64,000 bases of DNA from Fimicolochytrium jonesii (Eukaryota): NCBI RefSeq assembly GCF_025526975.1, contig NW_026515695.1, positions 1-64,000 of the forward strand, read 5' to 3'. This document shows positions 1 to 8,677 of this stretch, piece by piece (position 1 is the first letter of the stretch; every line of letters begins with the position of its first letter). The position numbers were made by a program, and so were the translations under genes. The notes under the pieces were generated by a model. It saw nothing but the letters and a program-made list of their open reading frames with translations. It ran no database searches and was not told the origin of the DNA.

Positions 1-480
1 CGCTGTGAAGGAAGAAGTTAATGGCCCGCGCGATCACTGCGGCAGATCTGGTGCATAGTGATGCGTTTTACGACAGTACTATTGGCTTCATCGACTATCT
101 GTCAGGGCTTTATGCCTGCGGCATCCACGACAACTGCCGAGGCCCATACCGAGGGGTTTGATCGCTCCACTGGGCTCCCCCCTTTGGGAAGAGCCAGCGA
201 GCGACCTTCGCGGGCAAACCGCGTACACGTATATTAACAACAATCAATACGTAAATACATATGATTCAGCACATCTTTGGACCCAACGACGCCGGATCGC
301 GCACGGCGAGACCCAACTTCGGCGATATGGTAAATGAGATGCATATGACGATATGAGAGATGATATGCGTTCGAGAAATGAGCCCCGTGCGCGGTCCGAC
401 CCAAAGATGGCGGCGATATGAGAGGTTAGGTGCCAGACGCAGATGTGAAGTCGAATGTGAGATGTCATTGCCGCGACGCA

Positions 481-779
481 GTCGGGGGACCAATTTTCGC
501 CCCACGCTGTGCTAGTCAGCCATCAATGGATTTTGGGGAGAAATTTGTCCCCCGCACGTCAAACCGGGAAGTCCCGCCGGCGGGGGACCAATTTTCGCCC
601 CACGCTGTGCTAGTCAGCCATCAATGGATTTTGGGGAGAAATTTGTCCCCCGCACGTCAAACCGGGAAGTGCCGCCGTCGGGAGACCAATTTTCACCCCA
701 CGCTGTGCTAGTCAGCCATCAATGGATTTTGGGGAGAAATTTGGCCCCCGCACGTCAAACCGGGAAGTGCCCGGGGACC
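481..779. repeat. 3x tandem 98-bp repeat, each unit an imperfect hairpin
   Basis: CAATTTTC recurs at 491, 589 and 687. Within a unit, GGGGACCAATTTTCGCCCC can pair with GGGGAGAAATTTGTCCCC. Confidence 0.95.
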
Positions 780-1131
780 GTGTTTGTGCCTATGCACCGT
801 GGTTTGCGCTCGGTTTGAAGTTGCTAGATGTCGGGTAGATATGAAGTAGATGTGAAGTAGGGCGAAGTGGCCGTGTATTGAGCAAATGGCAAATATACAT
901 GAAGATGGGCGGAGATGAGCCACAGATAAATAGGAGATCTAATATACAACCCCAGCTCGGGTAATAGGAGCGGAATTCTGCCGCACCGCTAGTTGAACGC
1001 TGGGGTGTGTGCGGATATGCCGTTCGAATGCGTCGGAAGACCATTGACCCCAGCGTTGAATCCACAGTGTGTTGTAGCCGAGGATCGCAAGGTGAGTGGC
1101 CCCGCCGGCGTGGAAACTTGAGGCCCCGATG

Positions 1132-1172
1132 TCCTGCCCTCATCCAAATCGATCCTGCCCTCATCCAAATCG
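1132..1172. repeat. 21-bp tandem duplication
   Basis: TCCTGCCCTCATCCAAATCG occurs twice in tandem. Confidence 0.9.
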
Positions 1173-1383
1173 CTTCGAGCGTTTCTAACAGTTTTCAAAA
1201 GCAGTGTGTGATTCAGGAAGGCTTTTCAGAAGACCGTCGTGGGTAGCTACTTGTTTACATTGCATTCATTTCTACACTAACAGCCGACGACCAAAAAGGC
1301 CCGAGCGGATGATGAGTTAGAGAGCGGAGGGTTGCTATATATTAGACTGGCGACCTAAAAAGTCCGAACGGATGACTGCCGGG

Positions 1384-2898
1384 TTATTCATCTTCATCAG
1401 GGAGGCCGTATTTCCGGATGGCCGCGGCCGTCGCCAGGGGCAGCGTCACAACAGCTGTGTGGCAACTGCCGCCGGACGTGTCAAGCACCGCCGTTCCGTG
1501 GAGCTTGTCAGGCATCCACGTCCACATGCAGTCGGGCTGCAGCACCAAGTAGAAGCCTTGCTCTGGCAGCGCAAATACCCACTTGCCAACAACGGTTGGC
1601 GGAGCGGCGGCGTAGCCTGCCACCCATGCGCATAGTTTGCGGGCTTGAAGCTCCTCTGGAAGCTCCTCCTTCGGGGTCGGCTTCCATATGGCGCGTCCTG
1701 TGTGCGGGTTCAGCACGCCGGCTACGCCGTTGTCCGACGGGTCGGAGAGAACGACCACTTGATAGTTGGTGGTGGCAAACAGCGGGGGGAACTCATTGGA
1801 ATTTGGCCTGTACACCTCTGGCATGGCCATCATCAGGTAGGCCGCCGCGGTGGGGTTGCGTTTGGCGAGCTCCTGCAGCAGTCGCTTGGTGAGGGCCTTT
1901 TCCGTGGCGACGAGAAACGTCTTTACGGACATGTCTGCCCCTCCTTTCATTGAATAGTGCGATGTCCCCCTGGCATATCCCGAGTTCTTGTTGCCACAAC
2001 AAAGCCCCGCGGCGTGCATTGTGCCCCTTGAGGCCTTCCATCGAACCACAGCCGGCCGGGATCCACAGGACTTGACAATGAGCCCCAGCCGTAGGTCGTG
2101 TTCGCGACGACCCGCGGTATTGTATGAGATTGTGGCCACAAGGGCGCCGTCCTTGTCGCGGATGTAGATGTCAGCCCCCGCCCGGGGCTCAATTTGCTCA
2201 AGCCCATCCAGGCCCCTCGCCTTCGCCGGCCTCTCCCCAAACCCCGCATAGACCATCTCGCCCTCCCAGCCATCGCACGAGGCGGGTGTTGGCACCACGA
2301 TGTGAGCAGCCGGGCGGCTAGCGGAGGGCTGGGGGTCCACCAAGAAGTCGGCCGTGGTAAGACTGCCATCGCTGATTGCGGCGATGATGCCGGACCGGAG
2401 CCCAATGTGGTGCTTGGCAGGCTTCTTCTGGTGACGGGACCGCGTTGGCCTATTGATCCACCAACCCCAAAGGGTGGGGTTGTCTTGCTTGATCTTCTTT
2501 GAAAAAAGGCCAATCGCCTTGGCCTTGTCTTCTAGGCGGGCGTCCCGGGCGGCAAGGCCAGCGTCTACCAGCAGGGGATACAAAAAGGCCACCGTGTCGC
2601 CGAAGATAGCTGCGCCGCGGCTCTTGCCCATGCCCATCAGAAGAGCCTCGACCGCGGTGGGTGCGACGGGGGGCGTGGCCTGTGGCGCGGTAGAGGGGAA
2701 GGGGGGGAGGGAAGGTGTTAGCAGCTCAGCCCGCGAGATCAGCATATAGCAAACACGCCCAGGCAGGTCGACCCCCCGCAAGCGGCGGTCGTGCTCAACA
2801 TGGACCGCAAGATCAGCGCAAAGCAAACACGCCCAGACAGCGCATCCCATGCAGGTCGACCTCCCGCAAGCGGCGGTCGTGCTCAGCATGGGCCGCAA
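1384..2898 (-). CDS. Tet/JBP-like 2OG-Fe(II) dioxygenase-family protein (first iron ligand His replaced by Leu; true start may be ~2637)
   Basis: Motif order GTMHAAG … LFATTNYQVVV[L]SDPSD … WVFALPEQGFYLVLQPDCMWTW…LHGT resembles the double-stranded beta-helix core of fungal Tet-like oxygenases. The HxD position reads LSD (CTC codon at 1747-1749); the distal His is at 1498-1500. Confidence 0.6.
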   Translation of the reverse strand: MRPMLSTTAACGRSTCMGCAVWACLLCADLAVHVEHDRRLRGVDLPGRVCYMLISRAELLTPSLPPFPSTAPQATPPVAPTAVEALLMGMGKSRGAAIFGDTVAFLYPLLVDAGLAARDARLEDKAKAIGLFSKKIKQDNPTLWGWWINRPTRSRHQKKPAKHHIGLRSGIIAAISDGSLTTADFLVDPQPSASRPAAHIVVPTPASCDGWEGEMVYAGFGERPAKARGLDGLEQIEPRAGADIYIRDKDGALVATISYNTAGRREHDLRLGLIVKSCGSRPAVVRWKASRGTMHAAGLCCGNKNSGYARGTSHYSMKGGADMSVKTFLVATEKALTKRLLQELAKRNPTAAAYLMMAMPEVYRPNSNEFPPLFATTNYQVVVLSDPSDNGVAGVLNPHTGRAIWKPTPKEELPEELQARKLCAWVAGYAAAPPTVVGKWVFALPEQGFYLVLQPDCMWTWMPDKLHGTAVLDTSGGSCHTAVVTLPLATAAAIRKYGLPDEDE

Positions 2899-2985
2899 GA
2901 TCAGCGCAAAGCAAACACGCCCAGACAGCGCATCCCATGCAGATCGACCTCCCGCAAGCGGCGGTCGTCCTCAGCATGGGCCGCG
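2731..2985. repeat. ~87-bp tandem repeat, about 3 copies (first one shortened)
   Basis: CCGC(A/G)AGATCAGC…GCAAACACGCCCAG…CCCGCAAGCGGCGGTCGT starts at 2731, 2805 and 2892. Confidence 0.9.
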
Positions 2986-3059
2986 AGCCCAGGCGGTCAA
3001 CACCCAGCGGGGGCGCCCACGGCTACACGGCGGCCACTCACCTCGTCGGCGCCGAGCAT

Positions 3060-3195
3060 GCTCAGAGTGTGCTCTGCGTGAGTTGCCGGGCTTGAGCTCA
3101 AAGGAGGTGGGGGTTGGCCGGGGGGGTGAGGGGGCTGTTGTCCGCTGCGAGCGCTTGACGTTTCCATAGCTCAGAGTGTGCTCTGCGTGAGTTGC
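3060..3195. repeat. 27-bp direct repeat pair in the divergent intergenic region
   Basis: GCTCAGAGTGTGCTCTGCGTGAGTTGC at 3060-3086 and 3169-3195. Confidence 0.9.
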
Positions 3196-3428
3196 GTGAG
3201 CTGCGAGCAATTGACGTTTTGTGTGAGAGGAGGAGAGTGTGGTCTTGGTGATGCGGCGATCAGCAGTGTGGACAAGCCACGACTGCGCCACAACTGCGCC
3301 AGGCTGTAAGTCCTCCCCCGCTCTCAGCCTCATTACCACAGCACTGACGCGAGTTCCTTGACACACAGCTATCACGGCAATCACCTGCAACATTTGTCTC
3401 GGCTGACCTAGGGCACAGCACGGCCATC

Positions 3429-6400
3429 ATGTCATCACACCAGGCGCTCCAGGGGCACCTGTGGTGTGGCATCTTTCCTGGAGCTACCACACCACGGCGG
3501 AAGAGGAGAAAGGTTACTCCCGTTAACCCGCGTCTGCCAACCACTGTGCAGACACCATTGCAACCCCCACAATTTGAGCTCCCACCCTCTGTCCATCGCC
3601 ACTTGCCCCAAGCAATTGCGGACATGGTTGGCGAGAGTTCCGGCGATGAAGACAGGCAGCAGCAGCAGCAACAGCAGCGAGGGCTTTCACCCGCGGACAG
3701 GGGTCTGCAGCATCCGTTGAACCTCCCCGCTCCCATCCCGTTCCTTTTTCCCAGCACACCGGGTGGACCCCTGGTGTATGAACCCCCGCCACCACCACCC
3801 GCTCAACGACCCCGGCAGACGCATTCCAGCACCAAGGTTTCGCTTCACCGAATCATCCATAATCAAAATCAAGTTCAAAGGGAGCGCCTGACAGCATTCA
3901 TCGGCAACGTTCACGTCCTTGCGCGCCACACCACCTTCTTTCTCAAGCACTTCCTTGGTGAGTTTTTGAGGTGCGCTGCACTGTATATTTCCCATGAACA
4001 ATGTCCTGACCGCTACGTCTGCCCACCACAGCCGATCATCCTCTACACGATTTCCCGGACATCACGGACAAGCACATCAGTGTGATATTTGAGCTGCTAA
4101 ACAATCCAGGCTACAATGGCAATCCAGTCATCGCGCAAGAGTTGCGTCCATGGGTTCAAGACTACTGTGATGTTCACGGATTTGCCCCCATCCGCATGCG
4201 AAATTGCCAACAGACCGCAGCGTACACGGCTACGAGCATCCTCACAAACCTCAAAGTTAACGTACAAGAGCATTTCATGCAAATGTTTCTGCGCTACGTC
4301 AATGAAAGGCTTGGTTTGAAGCAAGTCGTACTGCATCTCCGTGCCGGAGTCGACCGAGCGCAGCGGCGACGCTATTATCAGCGTGTCTGTCAGTTTACAA
4401 AGTATGTGACATTTGAAGAGTTTCCAACCGAAGAGGAGTTTGCCCGCCTCACACGACTTGAGCGGACTGTCCTCGACGAGTTATGGGCTCTGTTTCCTCC
4501 CCAGGATGAACAGCTTGCATACAGCCTTGTGGTGGACGCAATGCCATATTTAGGTGAGTTAGTATATTTCCGGCCCCCCCCTCCCGCGGGTTCCTCTTTT
4601 GTCTAATCATGGTCCGCACCCGCCTCGCCTCATCACGGGTGCCTATTGTGAGCTCTCACGCCTCTATGAGCGCCGTGGAATGCGGCTGTTTTCCCCTATC
4701 CCGCTGCGCAAATCTCGAATCCAGTCATCTGTTTGGATCGGCATGCTGATCCTAGGCACTCATATCCTGGGCTTGAGCCGAAGTCGCATGGGGAAATTCA
4801 CCGATGAACGCAAGCGGGAGCTGTGGGGGCAGTTTATCAACGTGAATGTATGTCTCTATCCCTCTGCGCTTATTTCACTCACCTCACCTCGCTGAATGAC
4901 GGATTGCAGGACAAGGTCTTCAAGGATCGAAAGAAGCTTGGTCTCAAATTTGATGGGTCAATCAGCACAAGCGGGTATTCCGCTACCATCCACTCCAAGA
5001 AGCCAGAGCTCAAGTATGGGCTTCAGGCCCGGAAGCGCAGCAAGGCCGAAATGCAGGAAGAAGTCAAGCAGCTGTATTTTGAGCACCACATCGCGGAACT
5101 ACGGGTGGCTCCAAACATTGTCTGCATTGATCCGGGCAAGCGTGACCTCCTGTTCTGTCGAGACATCGAGAAGGAGCGGCCATTTCGGTACGTTTCAGTT
5201 GATTACTACTGCCCTGCTGTCCCCGCTGTCCCCGCCCCCCCCCCCCCCCAACCCTCGACTTCGCGGAAGATGGTGCATAGGTGTCCGTGGCGCTGATCAT
5301 GTTGTAGCGGTTGCCACCGTCGCAGATCTGGGCGAGGAGTCCGTTGCTGGAGTTGGACGATGACGGAGCCGTCGACGGGGATGCCGCCGATGACGGAGGG
5401 TTGACGGTCTTCCGCGAGGCTGTCGGCGATGGCTTCATTGTAGACGGCGGTGTTGCCGGCCATGTTGAAGGGGAGTTCGTGTATGAGGGAGCGGACGCGG
5501 TTGGTTTGCTCGTTGCCGTCGATCTTGGAGAGGAGGTCGTCTAGCAGGATCCGGTCGGGGATGTTGCGCGTCATATCCACCTCTTCCCTCTTCCCCGCTC
5601 GTCACGTGGCCCATGTTGATGACCTGCATGACGGTGTCGAGGCCAACCCTGTCCTCGTCCCCGTCCCCACCATCCCCCCCCTCACCGTCCCCACCATCTG
5701 TTGCCGCGTTCTCACAATGCACCACCCCATACCAGATACACATCCAATCAACGGGCGGTCGAGACAAAGTCTCGGTACTTTCGAAGAGACATGACAGAGC
5801 GAAAGATCAATGCCGGCATCGCTGAGTTGGAATCACATATTCCGTCACACGAGAGCATGAACATCGAGGCGTTCTCAGCGTTCATTGTGGATTACGAACA
5901 TGCGGGTATGATGTATCATGCATTGTCTTCAAATACATGGGCTGACATCCATATCCCAGATCCCGCCCTGGATGAGTTTTACCAGGATGAGATTCACGTG
6001 GCTCGCAGATCCAAGGCGTTCTCACTGCGGCAAAAGTCTGAGGGCAAGCTCATCAAGAACATGCGACGCCTGTATGGAAAGCATTTTTCAGTCATCTTGG
6101 GTGATTGGAGCAATGCTGGAAAAACCATGCGCTTTCAGGAATCATCAAAGACCAAGGGGTGAGTGACCATCATTGTTTTTCATGTATTATAATATGCTAA
6201 CTCATCATGGAAATCAGATTCCGCACACTCTTTGCAAGAAACAGCATCCCATGCTACTTGCTAGATGAGTATCGTACGTCCTCCGTGTGCCCAGACTGCC
6301 ACGGCCGTGTGAAGAAAAACATCCGACGCCGGCTGTCATCTCGGCCATGGCAAGCTCGAAAGGGAAGAATGGAATTTGTCCATGGATTGGTGGGTTGCCC

Positions 6401-6575
6401 CAACCCCGAATGTATCAACCAAGACTGGACGCCATTTGAGATTCCTGGAAGACGACCACTACGGATGAAAGTGCACAATCGGGACGTCCTAAGCACCAAG
6501 AATTTCCTCTCGATTGTGCGTTCGGTGGTGTTTGGCGATGGCCGCAGACCAGACGCATTCTCCCGTAACCGGTAG
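3429..6575 (+). CDS. Fanzor: Fanzor (Fanzor1-type, TnpB-related RNA-guided endonuclease), 7 exons, ~754 aa
   Basis: Exons 3429-3957, 4032-4553, 4639-4847, 4910-5187, 5736-5905, 5960-6158 and 6218-6575 join in frame (2265 nt). Motifs: FSPIPLR; FDGSIST.G; RuvC-I VCIDPGKRDLL (D 5129); ILGDWS; RuvC-II LDEYRTS (E 6267); zinc finger CPDC…CPNPEC; RuvC-III HNRDV (D 6483). The intron 2 acceptor reads GG instead of AG (4637-4638). Confidence 0.9.
5206..5580 (-). other. Antisense ORF (124 aa) nested inside the 548-nt Fanzor intron 4
   Basis: Open frame with protein-like composition lying inside intron 5188-5735, flanked by C-rich GTCCCC repeats. Product not recognised. Confidence 0.45.
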
Positions 6576-6672
6576 TCTAGATTTCACCCCATCCCATTTT
6601 CCGGGGTGGTTTTCTGCCATCCACATCATTGTACCTCTGCCTGAGGCGTCGCCGATGATGGCAACTTTACTG
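6576..6672 (+). ncRNA. Candidate Fanzor omegaRNA scaffold / element right end
   Basis: About 97 nt after the stop codon are nearly identical in copy B (29852-29949), then similarity stops abruptly. Potential stems CACCCC(6585-6590)/GGGGTG(6603-6608) and TGCCATC(6615-6621)/GATGGCA(6657-6663). Confidence 0.7.
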
Positions 6673-6701
6673 TATTACAGCTGCAACGCCCTAACTGTAC
6701 A

Positions 6702-7257
6702 TATCCCGGCTGCACATCGAAATCGTCGTTAGTATTTAGCGTCCGTACTACGACACGGTGTGTCGTCGCCTGGTTTCGTCATTCGCACCGCCACCTCAGA
6801 CACCAACATCTAAGCATAGTACACATCATGCAAGTCGTTTTCGCTGCCATCGCAAGGATTTAGTACAAATTCTCCGTTTCGCACTAGCGCTCCCCTTTTT
6901 CCCATCCTTCCTACCACCTCTCTGAAGCCTAAAGCATCTCTCGCACACCCCAATATGCCTCAGCGGGCGTATGTACGACTGTCAATCCTACTTAGACCTT
7001 GCACAGTTTCAAGGTCAGGAGCCTGCGGCGGATGATGATGATGCTGAATGATGATGGGAGCCAGAATGGGAACGAAGACGGTGAGAACGACAACAAGGAG
7101 TAGCTAGTTCCATAGAAAAGCGACGATCTCATATAGCTGTGCGTACGAATATGATTTGCTACAGCTGTGCGGAGGCTATTTACGTTTGACGAATGCAAAT
7201 CTGCGCTGTTGTGCGAATCTTAAATACTGACGACGATTTCGGTGTGCAGCCAGGATA
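6702..7257. mobile_element. MITE-like non-autonomous element with 37-bp terminal inverted repeats
   Basis: 6702-6738 TATCCCGGCTGCACATCGAAATCGTCGTTAGTATTTA versus 7221-7257 TAAATACTGACGACGATTTCGGTGTGCAGCCAGGATA: 3 mismatches in 37. TA at both outer ends (possible target-site duplication); no long internal ORF. Confidence 0.8.
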
Positions 7258-7693
7258 CACATCAGGGACGTCTGCTCCTTACTCCATTGCGGTTTGGGGA
7301 CGTTGCCGGATGCACGTCGCTTGACTCAGCCTGTAAAAGTTGTTAACTTCCTCGCTGCAAACAGAAGAAATGACGGAATGTTGTGATGTGAATATGTGCA
7401 TTGAGTATAATTTCACGAACTCTCGGACTGCGCGGGGCATAACGAAAATGAGCACTGAATGTATTACTGGGGACGAACGGAGTCCGCCGTTCTTTCGATG
7501 GACTTTTCTCTGTCGATTGCAAACCATGTCGGTTTTCGTCGCAGCCAGACCCAGCACAGGTTCTCAATACACCGGGTTTCTTTTACCCCGAGGGCCAGGC
7601 GGTCAACCTCCTTTGATTCCCTCCGGAGGGGTTCCCAAATGACTCGTCCGTCGCAACTCGCAGATGGCGAAGCTGAACGGCGAACATCGGCCC

Positions 7694-8347
7694 TTACTTG
7701 AGGTTCTGCGATGGATCATTCTTGTTCCACCACAACCAGAAGATCACCGCACCCATCACACCCCACAGCGCATAATTTGGACCCAATGCCTCTCCAGCAG
7801 CCGCACCTCCTCCAGCTGCTCCCTTCACAGGCGCACCAGTCCCTAGTACCCGCCCACCAGACGCCGGAAACCCTGAGGACCCGGACGCGTGCTGCGACAC
7901 GAGCCTTTCAACGCGGACGATGTCTGCTCCGACAACTTCATCGAGCTTTTTGCCGGATTTGTACAGGTGGAAGGTGGGCATGGCTGAGACTGAGCACTCG
8001 CGGGCAATGCTCTGTAATGAATGATGTGAGATTCACGGTCTGTCGTATCTGGAAAACTGCCGCAACCGCTTGTCATTCTCCTTACCTGGTGCTCATCCAC
8101 ATCGACTTTCAGGAAGACAACATTCGTATACTGGTCGGAGAGCTTTTCAAACCGTGGCGCAATGGCTTTGCATGGTCTATGAGCAAAGAAGTGGTCAGAT
8201 AAATGCCATTGTATCTCTTCGGAAAAATGGGCGGAGATTGGTCGTTACTCACCCGCACCACGTGGCGAAGAAGTCGACGACACATAACTTTGGGCCTGTT
8301 GTGTATTTGGTGAACTCCGCATGCGAGCGGACGTGAATAGTAGGCAT
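7694..8347 (-). CDS. Thioredoxin with C-terminal hydrophobic tail
   Basis: Exons 8347-8253, 8176-8086 and 8011-7694 give VVDFFATWCGPC…KVDVDE…AMPTF…VVGAD; tail YALWGVMGAVIFWLWW. Confidence 0.9.
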
Positions 8348-8677
8348 GTTTGCGACCAAGCCTTCAGGGAGAACTGCGTGAGATGGTGATGGGAAGACAG
8401 TTGGTTGGTGATCTGATCTCTGGTCTCTGGCTGAAGACACTCGCAGCCACTCGCGCTCTCGCAGCGCTCTCGCGCTTCTCGCGAGACTCCAGTCCAAAAT
8501 AGAGTCCAAATGTCAAATTCGTCTTCAGCACAATCCCGAATCCCAACTGACAGACAAGCTGCGAACAACGCTGGAGATTCTTACGTACTCCAACCATCCC
8601 GGTAGTTCTGCGTATGGAATATACCCTGGCGGCATTTTCAGAACTATCGCCAAAATAACAATTTTCTGAGCAAGCAC

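Larger units (their letters stand above)
74..6672 (+). mobile_element. Fanzor-carrying DNA element, copy A (boundaries inferred)
   Basis: Right end is where homology with copy B stops (…GGCAACTT-TACTG|TA, 6672). The left-end candidate 74-106 (CAGTACTATTGGCTTCATCGACTATCTGTCAGG) matches the reverse complement of 6640-6672 at 22/33 positions without gaps. Contains tandem repeats, a Tet-like ORF and Fanzor; no transposase recognised. Confidence 0.55.

Noticed and set aside
481..779. CRISPR array
   Set aside because: Units are near-identical over their whole length with no unique spacers; the context is eukaryotic and no cas genes are present.
74..6672. Bacterial IS200/IS605 TnpB contamination
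   Set aside because: The nuclease gene has spliceosomal introns, is Fanzor1-sized, has no TnpA and is embedded among fungal genes.
7279..7642. Short overlapping ORFs between the MITE and thioredoxin
   Set aside because: No recognisable motifs or consistent coding frame.
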